From IMG/VR virus record IMGVR_UViG_2932410948_000001, positions 2,714-66,713 of that record: a stretch of 64,000 nucleotides of DNA; one strand, written 5' to 3'. The DNA comes from a virus (taxonomy: Duplodnaviria; Caudoviricetes). Position numbers and translations under genes: made by a program. Position 1 is the first letter of the stretch. Every line of letters starts with the position of its first letter. The notes under the pieces are model-generated. The model searched no databases and had not been told where the DNA came from. It was given only the letters and a program-made list of their open reading frames with translations. Shown here piece by piece: positions 54,078-63,040 of the stretch.

Positions 54078-55061
54078 ATGAATTTAAAAGAAATTTTTAT
54101 TGGTTCCGTTGTTACACTTATTGTTACAGTTTTGGGAGGCGTCGGTGTATATTATTGGACCAAAGAGCCAGATGAAAAAAAGAACGAGGCACTTTATTAT
54201 TCGATAAGCCAGGTGGCTAAGTTCAAAGGAGGCGAAAAAAATGTCGGGTTCAACATCGCCAACATCCGCAATCAAGGCGGAGTGACGGCGAAAAATGTGG
54301 TTCTAAAAATTGACTTCCCGTCTGCCAGCATTACGGACTATTCGATTGAGTCAGCCTCAGGGCTAAAACCAAAATCTCAAAGCATTGATAAGCAGAAAGC
54401 GGTGTTTGTATTTGAGACCTTGGTACCATCCGATGCGGTTACCGTTGGCCTTCTAACTACGACATCAGAGACTCCTGAAATCAGCCTTCGTAGTAACGAT
54501 TCGCTTGGAAAGTTGGAAGATAAAAGAGCAATAACCTCGGCAAGAGAAAAGGTTAATAGATTTGCAGTTTATTATATTCCTTTGCTAGGTGGCCTTGCAA
54601 TTTTGGTTTTGATTTATTTGATACGTATAAGGAGACGAGTAGAAATAGAAGCTACACAACCTGATCCATCAAAGAATGATATGGGGTTTGTCCTTTTACA
54701 CCAAGGTCTCTTCACAGAAGCCGAAACTATTTTAGATTATGCGATTCTTTCTGGTGAAGATGGGGCTTATTCATTATCAAACCTCGCCACCTGCCGTGCA
54801 AAGAATGGTCGTATTCAGGAAGCTCGCAGTCTTATCAGTGCCGCGTCTTTCATCGCTCAAAATAATCACGAAAGAGCTGTCGTAGTATTCAATGGCGCAT
54901 TGATAAGCTTATTTGCGGGAGATACTAACGATTTTTTTGCTAAACTAAAAGATGCGGCAGTGCTTTCGTCCGAGAGCATAAAGGAATATTCTGACTATAG
55001 TGTTCACTTAACCGCTTTAAGATTGGACCCGCGATATGACGCCGTTTTCAGAAGTTCCTGA
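54078..55061 (+). CDS. AT-rich membrane protein (TM - beta-rich domain - TM - TPR)
   Basis: Two hydrophobic segments; C-terminal TPR-like helices (YSLSNLATCRAKNGRIQEA). Confidence 0.65.
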   Translation: MNLKEIFIGSVVTLIVTVLGGVGVYYWTKEPDEKKNEALYYSISQVAKFKGGEKNVGFNIANIRNQGGVTAKNVVLKIDFPSASITDYSIESASGLKPKSQSIDKQKAVFVFETLVPSDAVTVGLLTTTSETPEISLRSNDSLGKLEDKRAITSAREKVNRFAVYYIPLLGGLAILVLIYLIRIRRRVEIEATQPDPSKNDMGFVLLHQGLFTEAETILDYAILSGEDGAYSLSNLATCRAKNGRIQEARSLISAASFIAQNNHERAVVVFNGALISLFAGDTNDFFAKLKDAAVLSSESIKEYSDYSVHLTALRLDPRYDAVFRSS

Positions 55062-55416
55062 TTCAGTCGTTGCCTAGAGGGCTATATCAAATAGATCAAG
55101 AAAATGCAAAGTCTTTATCTTGCTGCCTGAATATCCGCTATACGTTCGAAATGAGAGAGTAGACAATCCGATCTACAGATCGGACAGATTGTGGTCAACG
55201 ACTGTACATTACAGCTCGTCCGTTGAACTGCTCGTTTGAAGATCAGTTCGCCAACACCATTGATCATGGTCAGCTAAACGAGAATAGGCCGCCAATAAAA
55301 GCGGCTGTCGTAAGCGGCCTGTCGATGTAGACGTAATTTGATATGCAGTTAGCACAAACAAGGTCGCCTTCAAACGCGAGCCACTAGGGTTACAGCAGCC
55401 CCGGTGAGTGAGCATT

Positions 55417-55833
55417 TCATACCTGCAGCTGCTCCCCACATAGGCCGCACTCAATATCATCACCTTCACCCATGTGCCTGCACTTGGGGCAAATCGATAC
55501 TGCTTGCGGCTTAGATGACCGCGCCCCCTTCAATTCCAGATCTTCTTCTAACGACGTAGCTTCTCGTGGAGCTTCTGGCCTGCGAGCGGGCGACTGAACA
55601 GAGTGAATAGATCCAAAGCCCAGCAATATTGCACCAACTACCGACAGAATCCCCGAGAAAATCATGAAGTTTTGGCGCTGGGCCATCCTATCCAGATTTG
55701 CCACCTGCATTGCAGGAGTGCCTACTCCATAGCCGAAATCACGAGCTGGCACGTCAATGGAGACATCCATGAAAAGTGAATAGCCGCCCAGGGCCAGACC
55801 AACAACCAAGACCAACATCCCTAAATTCTTCAT
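55417..55833 (-). CDS. Two-TM protein with C-terminal zinc ribbon
   Basis: Hydrophobic N-terminus; CPKC...CGLC. Confidence 0.65.
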   Translation of the reverse strand: MKNLGMLVLVVGLALGGYSLFMDVSIDVPARDFGYGVGTPAMQVANLDRMAQRQNFMIFSGILSVVGAILLGFGSIHSVQSPARRPEAPREATSLEEDLELKGARSSKPQAVSICPKCRHMGEGDDIECGLCGEQLQV

Positions 55834-55958
55834 GTCATCTCTGAGGGGTGATTAAGAACATCATTATACAAAATGCCAACAATTCAAGTCCAAGTAATTG
55901 CGCAGCACCACATATTGGCAACGTAGCCACTTTCTCACAAATATTTTTTCATTAAATT

Positions 55959-56008
55959 TTAGCCATAAGCTAAAATTAGAGCTTGCATTGCGGTTAGCCT
56001 TAAGCTAA
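55959..56008. promoter_or_regulatory. OL operators / PL early promoter
   Basis: TTAGCCATAAGCTAA (55959) and TTAGCCTTAAGCTAA (55994) match the OR consensus; TTGCAT between them is a possible -35. Confidence 0.75.
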
Positions 56009-56049
56009 AGTTTGCCCATCGAACAGAAACATCCACCGATGGAGGCCCC

Positions 56050-56391
56050 ATGGCACCGCTTACAGAAGCAGCAGTACCTACCGACAGCACCCACATAACC
56101 ATCCCATTTCTCAGCTTTGCGATGTGCCGCAGTGAGATTAATGCGAACGTCGAACCGCAACATCCCGAAGATCTAGCCGCTCTGAAGAGGATCGCCACTG
56201 ATCTGTATCACGAACTGCTCGCGGACGACGCCGTCATTACCGAAATGACGAACAACATGTCCGTGACGCAAAAGCGCGTCGCCAGCACCAACTTGTACGA
56301 AGCTGGTTTTGTGGGCGCCAGCGGCGGCATGATGCGCGCCGCCGAACGTCACAAAGTCTTGGCTGCGTCGGAAGCGGCAGGCATCAAATGA
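56050..56391 (+). CDS. Early hypothetical phage protein
   Basis: First ORF after PL; ATGA-coupled to the next gene. Confidence 0.55.
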   Translation: MAPLTEAAVPTDSTHITIPFLSFAMCRSEINANVEPQHPEDLAALKRIATDLYHELLADDAVITEMTNNMSVTQKRVASTNLYEAGFVGASGGMMRAAERHKVLAASEAAGIK

Positions 56392-56726
56392 AGACCGCCA
56401 TCCAGCAAATAGCCAGTACCTCAATCAGCCCAGTGACCCTAGAGGCGCGCGTGCGCCGCATCGCCCTGGTGCTGACCAACCGCGTACAGCGCAATGCGGT
56501 GGGTTCCACCTACAGCCTGGCCAACGAGCGTGGTGAAAAGATTGCCCTGGTATCAATTGCCCAGCAAGGCCTCGGATCGACACACCGCGCGGCAATGCGC
56601 ATGGCGTTGTCCAGCGAGCTGGCGGGCGCGCTTCGCGCAGCCAGCACGGACTATGAGTTGCGCGGTGCGGTGTCGCCCGAAACCATGAACCGTATGCGCC
56701 AGCTCCTCGCCACTGTGGACGCATGA
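56388..56726 (+). CDS. Early hypothetical phage protein
   Basis: Coupled ORF in the early operon. Confidence 0.55.
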   Translation: MKTAIQQIASTSISPVTLEARVRRIALVLTNRVQRNAVGSTYSLANERGEKIALVSIAQQGLGSTHRAAMRMALSSELAGALRAASTDYELRGAVSPETMNRMRQLLATVDA

Positions 56727-56866
56727 TGGGCACCTTCATTGTCACCGTACGCCGGGCCGCCGAGCCGCTGCTCACCTATTCGGCCTTGGGTACCGACAGC
56801 GCCGCCATGATCATGGCTGCAATCGATCGCTATGGACCGTGCGTCATCACCGCGAAACCTCGTTGA
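56723..56866 (+). CDS. Small early protein (47 aa)
   Basis: MMGTFIVTVRRAAEPLLTYSALGTDSAAMIMAAIDRYGPCVITAKPR; ATGA-coupled. Confidence 0.55.
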   Translation: MMGTFIVTVRRAAEPLLTYSALGTDSAAMIMAAIDRYGPCVITAKPR

Positions 56867-56877
56867 AAGAGCCCGTC

Positions 56878-56979
56878 ATGCGCACCATTTTCAACCTGTT
56901 TAGTTTTTACCGCCGCCGCGGCGCCAGCATCTACATCGCCGCGCGTCGCGCCTTGCACGTCTATCGAAACGGATTCTGA
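56878..56979 (+). CDS. Small basic early peptide (33 aa)
   Basis: MRTIFNLFSFYRRRGASIYIAARRALHVYRNGF; fills the gap exactly before the ATG at 56981. Confidence 0.45.
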   Translation: MRTIFNLFSFYRRRGASIYIAARRALHVYRNGF

Positions 56980-56980
56980 C

Positions 56981-57169
56981 ATGACCAAGATCGAACCCGA
57001 CCGCGCCGCGCTGGAAATCGCCTACGGCCAACTGCATACCACCAGGCCACTCGACGAGCTGCTCAAGGTGCCAAATCTGCGGGCCACGCTGTACGCGGTG
57101 GCGCGCCGCCACATGAAGCGCCGTGACCGGTTCGATCCGAAAAAAATGCAGGCGAACGACAACGATTAA
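56981..57169 (+). CDS. Small early protein (62 aa)
   Basis: C-terminal RFDPKKMQAND; sits in the operon run. Confidence 0.6.
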   Translation: MTKIEPDRAALEIAYGQLHTTRPLDELLKVPNLRATLYAVARRHMKRRDRFDPKKMQANDND

Positions 57170-57213
57170 TTCCGAGCAACACCAACCGCAGCACCAACCA
57201 TAGAAAGCACGCC

Positions 57214-57798
57214 ATGTTTACAGCATTGCACGCGCTCACCCAAAGCGCGACGCTGATGATCGTCGTCACCGCCGAGGGCGACTATCTGCGCGTCAGCATC
57301 ACCCCGACCCAGGCCGGCGATAAGACCAAGGCCCACAAGTTGCAGCCGCTGTCGCTGGTGGCCAGCCCGGCCGAGCTGGACGACGGCTTTGCCGCGGCCA
57401 TCCAATCCTGGCAGGCGCCGAAGCTGTCGCTGCAGCAGCAGGTCGAGGCCGCGAACTCCGCCGGCGCCGATCCCGTCGCGCCTTCAGGCAGCACTAAAGC
57501 GGCGTCGAAAGAGGCGGGCAAGCGCACAGGCCCAGGGCGGCCGAAAAAGAACGAAGGTGCAGCACCAGTCGGCGAAGGCACGGCCGTCACCGCCGATAAG
57601 GCAGGCAAACAAGACGACCAGCCTCCACCCGGCAACGACGCCGGAGCTGGAGAAGCACCGGGCGCGGCCACCCAGGATGGCGCCGTGCCACCAGCTGGCG
57701 CCACTGATGTTGAAGAGAAGGAAGAAAACACGTTGCCGCCTGCCAGCAACGCCGCAATCACCGCCGCCGTCGACACGGTAACCCTCGACCTGTTCTAA
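57214..57798 (+). CDS. PRTRC system protein E
   Basis: MFTALHAL...LRVSITP...PLSLVASPAELDDGFAAAI N-terminal domain plus a low-complexity tail ending in LDLF. Confidence 0.85.
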   Translation: MFTALHALTQSATLMIVVTAEGDYLRVSITPTQAGDKTKAHKLQPLSLVASPAELDDGFAAAIQSWQAPKLSLQQQVEAANSAGADPVAPSGSTKAASKEAGKRTGPGRPKKNEGAAPVGEGTAVTADKAGKQDDQPPPGNDAGAGEAPGAATQDGAVPPAGATDVEEKEENTLPPASNAAITAAVDTVTLDLF

Positions 57799-57812
57799 GA
57801 AAGCTATCTGCC

Positions 57813-58208
57813 ATGGCAATGCAAATCGAAAAACTGATCCGCGAATTCCGTTATAACGGCGTGGTGCTGCAAGACCCGAACAGCACCTTCAACCTGGTGC
57901 AGGTGCGCGACTTCTACGCCACGGTCTACCCTGAAATCATCAGCGCCGATATCGAGGGCCCCGAGCAGTTGGGCGCCAAATCGGTCTATACTTTCCGTCG
58001 CGCCGTCGGCACCAAGGGCTGCGAGCTGACGAGCCTTATCCTTGACGTCGGGGCCTTGCTGCACGCCAACTGGCTCGATGGCGATGACGCCGAATTCATC
58101 AAGGAACTGCAGGCCGCCGTGGGCCGCAACGAAGTGACGTTCATCGACCACGATGCGCGAGTGCGCCTGGCCGAACTGCACGGCAAACACTGCAACGTGG
58201 CGGCTTGA
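57813..58208 (+). CDS. PRTRC system protein C (ubiquitin-like) with 62-aa C-terminal extension
   Basis: REFRYNG..L.DP...QVRDFYA..YPEI..A.IEGP...YTFRRAVGTKG, then continues in frame. Confidence 0.88.
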   Translation: MAMQIEKLIREFRYNGVVLQDPNSTFNLVQVRDFYATVYPEIISADIEGPEQLGAKSVYTFRRAVGTKGCELTSLILDVGALLHANWLDGDDAEFIKELQAAVGRNEVTFIDHDARVRLAELHGKHCNVAA

Positions 58209-58411
58209 CCATGTTGACGCGCAAAACTGCAATCGCGCGGCTGCGCGAAGCCGGCACCCTGGCTTCAAGCGGCGTGCCGGCCAATACGATTACCCCGGCC
58301 GAGGTGAATTCGCTCCTGGCTCAAGCGCTGGCCAGCACCCTGGTACGCGACAAAACGCGCAACAGCCCGCGCTTGCTGGCGCCGTCGTTCGCCCACGTGG
58401 TGCTGCCATGA
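58205..58411 (+). CDS. Small hypothetical protein in the PRTRC cassette
   Basis: 68-aa ORF coupled to both C and F. Confidence 0.55.
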   Translation: MTMLTRKTAIARLREAGTLASSGVPANTITPAEVNSLLAQALASTLVRDKTRNSPRLLAPSFAHVVLP

Positions 58412-59460
58412 TCGGGCCGGGCCTGCTGGCGATGCCAACCCTGCATGCGGGCATTCCGTCGGCCGTGCGCTTGCGCGAGCCAAATAGCTTGGTCGCGCCT
58501 CTTTCAATTGCGCTGCTGCAGGCAAACCAGATTACCGAAGCCATGCTCAAGCCGCGCCCGAACGCGCTGCTGGTCGGGGTATTTGCGGAGCCGGACGAAA
58601 GGGCGCTAGCAGTGAAGGCCCTGAGCACCTGGTGGACCTCGATCCAGTATTACGCCAAATATTTCAGCTGGGGCCTGCATGTGCAGCAGCTGCCTGAAGA
58701 TGGATATCACCACCAACATGAATCAGGCACCATCTGGTTTTGCATGACCAGGAATACAGACGTTCCGATGCCGCGTTTCGCCCTAGAGCCGCGCATTACC
58801 GAGATGGAGCAGCACCTGGCCGGCTTCGGGCAGACAGTGCTGGCCGTACTTTTCGATGCCACGATGTACCTGCCGAATGCGCTGGACCCGTGGCGCGCGG
58901 TCAGCGCGGCAGAGTGGCTGCACTGGCACGAATGCCAGACGGACGAAGAATTGCTCGAAGATCAGCGCGAGGAGCGCGGCTACGACACCATCCAGCAGGT
59001 GATCGACGATGGCGACATTCTGACGCGAGCCGAATTTTACGGCGACATGCCGCGCTGGGTAACGCACCCAGCACGCGTGCTGTCGCGCGGCGAGATCGTC
59101 GCCGCCGCCAGCAACAGCTTTCACCACGACGTGATTGCCGCCTGCGATGCCATTGCCGCGCTGGTCAACGGCCCGGAATTTACTATTCGGCCACATGAGG
59201 TAGGCGCGCACAACTATCCGGCCGACTGCGTTGATGGCTGCATGGTGCTGCTGTGGCGAGATAACGACCAGATCAGCCGCGTGCTCGATGACGAATTGAA
59301 CATGCACGGCGAATCGGGCGAATACATCGAATTCATCGACGTTCACGGGATGGTGCCGTCGGGCGCCGCCATCAAAAAATATCAATCGCGTACCCGCCAG
59401 GTCATGCAATTGGCCCAGCTCACCGAGCGCCTGCTGGAACTGATCGGAGAACCTATATGA
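58408..59460 (+). CDS. PRTRC system protein F
   Basis: Start MIGPGLLAMPTL; LEPRITEME....GFGQTVLAVL motif; position between C and B. Confidence 0.8.
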   Translation: MIGPGLLAMPTLHAGIPSAVRLREPNSLVAPLSIALLQANQITEAMLKPRPNALLVGVFAEPDERALAVKALSTWWTSIQYYAKYFSWGLHVQQLPEDGYHHQHESGTIWFCMTRNTDVPMPRFALEPRITEMEQHLAGFGQTVLAVLFDATMYLPNALDPWRAVSAAEWLHWHECQTDEELLEDQREERGYDTIQQVIDDGDILTRAEFYGDMPRWVTHPARVLSRGEIVAAASNSFHHDVIAACDAIAALVNGPEFTIRPHEVGAHNYPADCVDGCMVLLWRDNDQISRVLDDELNMHGESGEYIEFIDVHGMVPSGAAIKKYQSRTRQVMQLAQLTERLLELIGEPI

Positions 59461-60206
59461 AAACCGTAGCCATCATAGCCGCCGGCGACACCACGCTTAG
59501 CCTGAGCGGTGCCTTGCTGCTGTACCAGGCGGACAATCATGGCGGCCCTATCTACGCCACGACGCACGGGATCGTGATCGATGCCAATAACCCTGAGCGC
59601 CGCGTGATCGGGCCCGGTGTGCCGATGACGCAATCCGCCCTGGCGGCGTTTGCCGCGCGAGTTAGCGTCAAAACCGCCTACGCCGGCTTTGTGCCTGAAA
59701 ATTTGTTGTACACGGCGCCGAACATGATCGCCTGGTGGACGCCCGCGGCGGTGCGCACCACCTGGTTCAAATCAAATTACCCCGAGATCGGCACCACCCA
59801 CGGCCCGGCAGCGCATCCGGCCCTGGTGTTTGTTGCCGTGCCCGGCGGATGGTATGTATTCGCCCTACGCGACTCGGCCAGGCCTGGCCCCGCGACAACC
59901 CTGTATCACTCGCCGCACTTCAATGTGTGGGATGGCGGCCGCATTTGTACCGGTAATGTAGACCTGCCCGAAGCGCTCGCCGCCAGTGCGATACCCGCCT
60001 ATGAAGACGCATTTTTTCGAAGCCACTTCACCCACTCGAACCGGCAGACGCCGCATTCGGTGAAAACCAAGGGCGGCACGAAAGCCCTGTGGGTCAGCCA
60101 GCTGGCCAAGCCGGACCCTGACGCTATGCGCAGCGCGCTTGCGTCAACGAAAGAAGATTTACAAAGCGCGATTGCGCGCATCACGCAAAGCAACAGCAAC
60201 CAATAA
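59457..60206 (+). CDS. PRTRC system protein B (E2-like)
   Basis: HPALVF...YVFAL...LYHSPHFNVWDGGRICTGNV...YEDAFFRSHFTH. Confidence 0.88.
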   Translation: MKTVAIIAAGDTTLSLSGALLLYQADNHGGPIYATTHGIVIDANNPERRVIGPGVPMTQSALAAFAARVSVKTAYAGFVPENLLYTAPNMIAWWTPAAVRTTWFKSNYPEIGTTHGPAAHPALVFVAVPGGWYVFALRDSARPGPATTLYHSPHFNVWDGGRICTGNVDLPEALAASAIPAYEDAFFRSHFTHSNRQTPHSVKTKGGTKALWVSQLAKPDPDAMRSALASTKEDLQSAIARITQSNSNQ

Positions 60207-60229
60207 CCATCAAAACCAAAGGACACACG

Positions 60230-61021
60230 ATGAACGGCCAAGATCTTGCAATGAAATTCGATGAACTGCTCAATATCACCAAAACGTCCTACGAGGCGTT
60301 CCTGCTGCACACCGAAACGGCGCTGCGCGACGCGCGCCCGCTGCTGCTGGCGGTCGACGAAGAAGCGGCCGATCCGGAAAAACTGGCCATGGATATGGCG
60401 CTGTTGCGCGCCGCGCCGGTCGTCGTGGTGCCGTTGCACAGCGAGTTTCACGCGCTGGAGGAAGCCGGCCACCGCTTCCTGATGGCTGATGACGGCGTCT
60501 ACCTGGAGGTGCGCCGGCCGTGGCTGCACCTGATCCAGCGCCTGGCGGAGCAAAAAGCGGTGCGCATGCCGTTTGGCGCCATCGTGCCCAAGGTCGAATT
60601 CGCGTTTGGAAAGATCGGTACCGCGCTTGCGGAATTGCGCGCTTTTGGTGAGGTGGCGCGCCTGCAGTCCCCGATCGAGAGCGCGGCCAGCTTGATCTGG
60701 AACGACGAAACGCGCGAATGGGCCTTGCGCTATCCATTGCCGATCGGCGAACCGACCAGCGGCCACATCCAGTACCAGCAGTTGTTGCTGGCAGAGCGCG
60801 AGCACCTGACCATCGACTTGCATAGCCATGGCGCGCATCCGGCGTTTTTCAGTGAGACCGACAACCTGGACGACGCCGGCAGCGTGAAAATTTCCGGCGT
60901 GTACGGCAACCTAGACCAGCAGCTGCCGACGGTCGCATTCCGACTGTGCGTGCTGGGCCTGTTCATAACGCTGGCGGTACCGGCCGACAAGATTTTCACG
61001 GCCGAACTGGCCACCGCGTAG
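60230..61021 (+). CDS. PRTRC system protein A (JAB/JAMM metalloprotease)
   Basis: GHRFLMA.DGVYLEVRRPWL N-terminus; JAMM motif E...DLHSHG...AFFSETDNLDD. Confidence 0.9.
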   Translation: MNGQDLAMKFDELLNITKTSYEAFLLHTETALRDARPLLLAVDEEAADPEKLAMDMALLRAAPVVVVPLHSEFHALEEAGHRFLMADDGVYLEVRRPWLHLIQRLAEQKAVRMPFGAIVPKVEFAFGKIGTALAELRAFGEVARLQSPIESAASLIWNDETREWALRYPLPIGEPTSGHIQYQQLLLAEREHLTIDLHSHGAHPAFFSETDNLDDAGSVKISGVYGNLDQQLPTVAFRLCVLGLFITLAVPADKIFTAELATA

Positions 61022-61032
61022 GAGCCATCGAC

Positions 61033-61806
61033 ATGCCCCACATTACTCCCGCGCATTTCCTGCAGCACCAGGTGATGATTCACTTGGTGGGCTGCGGCGG
61101 CAACGGCTCGCAAATGCTGACCGGCCTGGCGCGCCTCAACCACGCGCTGACGGCACTGGGCCACCCCGGCCTGAACGTGATCGCGTTCGACCCGGACACG
61201 GTCAGCGAGGCCAACATGGGTCGTCAAATGTTTGGCCAGTTCGACGTCGGATCGAGCAAGGCGATCGTGCTGGTCAGCCGCATCAACGCATTTTTCGGCC
61301 TGAACTGGGAGGCCCATTTCGGCCGATACGAAGCTGGCAAGGGTGCGCCGGACATGCTGATCGCCTGCGTCGATAGTGCCAAGTCGCGCTATGAAATCGT
61401 CAACAGCCGTGCAATGCGCCATCCTAACAAACCGTTTTACCTGATGGACATGGGCAACCGCGCCGCAGATGGCCAGGTGCTGTTCGGCGAGCTGGCCGGC
61501 TCGGACGGCAGCCCGGCACTCACGAAGGCGCCACCCGGCAGCGTGCGTCTGCCCGACCCTTACCGCGTGTTGCCCGAACTGGTCGACATTACGGCCGTCG
61601 AGGACGACACGCCCAGCTGCGGCCTGGCCCAGGCGCTCGAGCGCCAGGAATTATTCATCAACCAGGCCGTGGTCACTCCGGCGCTGTCGATTCTATGGGA
61701 ATTCTTCCGGCACGGCCGCCTGACTTGGCATGGCGCCTTTGTCAACCTGCGAACGGGGAGCATGCGGCCGCTATTAGTGAAAGATACTGAAGATTTCTAT
61801 AAATAA
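61033..61806 (+). CDS. PRTRC system ThiF family protein (E1-like)
   Basis: LVGCGGNGS, DPDTVSEANMGRQ, ACVDS, candidate catalytic PSC, QELFINQ. Confidence 0.92.
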   Translation: MPHITPAHFLQHQVMIHLVGCGGNGSQMLTGLARLNHALTALGHPGLNVIAFDPDTVSEANMGRQMFGQFDVGSSKAIVLVSRINAFFGLNWEAHFGRYEAGKGAPDMLIACVDSAKSRYEIVNSRAMRHPNKPFYLMDMGNRAADGQVLFGELAGSDGSPALTKAPPGSVRLPDPYRVLPELVDITAVEDDTPSCGLAQALERQELFINQAVVTPALSILWEFFRHGRLTWHGAFVNLRTGSMRPLLVKDTEDFYK

Positions 61807-61903
61807 CTTTGTATGAAATTACATTGTGGGAGAGCGATAGCTTAAAAACTCTATTAGTTTAAATTGCATTAATGATATTTTTTATATTGTTAAATGGAGG
61901 GGG

Positions 61904-62587
61904 TCATTTTGCAATATAGATAATTATCGGCGCTAACAAGCGACCAATTAGCCAGAGATTTGCTCGATTTCTGGCCCCAATGGCCTTTTTATTTAATTCA
62001 AATGCTTCCTTAATGGTTGTTTCAATTTTATCAATTCTTTCGGTTATCATAACTAATTCAGCAAGACCCAATATTTCATTTTGCAAGGAGGAGAGAGACA
62101 TTGCAGTATTTGTTTGATGTATTACACCCCTGGCAATAAAAAGGTGTGTGATCCGATCTGCATTGTTTTCTCGATTTTCCAGTGCATGAATGCGCCGCAA
62201 TAGGTCGTCGCGTTGTGCGTCATTTCTAGCTATCCCTCTTGCCATACGTTTTCGTGTTATATAGCCAACAAGATGATCGCGGACCTCCCCTAATAAGAAA
62301 TAGTTGTGTTGGGATAGCGCTGCGTTGAGTTCTGTTGTAGCTCGCAACCGATCTAAATTTTGACCATGACGCTGCCACGCAGGGATTGTGATTGCAAGAA
62401 TAATTGCACCGATAGAGCCAAAGAACTGTGCCCATCCGGACATTTTCTCATTATTAGACATCCATTCAATTGAACTAGTAAGATTAAATTGATTTGATTT
62501 TATTAAATATATTAAAAAGTAACCCGCGAGAGAAAATGCTGAAGCCACAAATAAAAACTTAGCAAGCCTAATTAGATAAACTTTCAT
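61904..62587 (-). CDS. Very AT-rich membrane protein (moron)
   Basis: Two to three TM segments plus a helical domain; convergent with the PRTRC operon. Confidence 0.65.
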   Translation of the reverse strand: MKVYLIRLAKFLFVASAFSLAGYFLIYLIKSNQFNLTSSIEWMSNNEKMSGWAQFFGSIGAIILAITIPAWQRHGQNLDRLRATTELNAALSQHNYFLLGEVRDHLVGYITRKRMARGIARNDAQRDDLLRRIHALENRENNADRITHLFIARGVIHQTNTAMSLSSLQNEILGLAELVMITERIDKIETTIKEAFELNKKAIGARNRANLWLIGRLLAPIIIYIAK

Positions 62588-62767
62588 TGCTTCCTCATTC
62601 GATTGTTTAATTATATTTACGGGTATTTATTGTTTGATATGTAAATTCAGAATGATAATTATAAAATATGAGGGTTTTCATTTTTTTGGAAATTATTTAT
62701 TGAGTATTATTTTCATGTAATTCATAAAATCTTAATGATTTGTTGCGGCATTGAAAATTAATAAAGG

Positions 62768-63040
62768 ATGATTAAAATGATAGATTCAGAAATTGATGTA
62801 TTGCTTAAGCTGACAGAGGCAATAGAAAAAATGCAGCGGCCAGCGATGCCGATATCTGTCGACCTTTGGGATACGTCATGTCTTGCCGCCTATTTCAAGC
62901 GATCGACTAATCGCGTACGTAGCGATATTGTCTGTCTCCCTACGTTCCCTCGCCCAATCCGGTTGCCAGTGGAGGGGCGCTCGCAGGCGCTGTACAAGGC
63001 ACGTGAGGTAATCGCATGGGCAGAAAAACATACCTCATAG
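62768..63040 (+). CDS. Excisionase-like DNA-binding protein
   Basis: LWDTSCLAAYFKRS...LPTFPRPIRLP...LYKAREVIAWAE winged-helix; convergent with the integrase. Confidence 0.7.
   Translation: MIKMIDSEIDVLLKLTEAIEKMQRPAMPISVDLWDTSCLAAYFKRSTNRVRSDIVCLPTFPRPIRLPVEGRSQALYKAREVIAWAEKHTS

Noticed and set aside
55209-55469. Possible ORF or small RNA between convergent morons
   Set aside because: No convincing RBS, motif or stable structure that I can support by eye.
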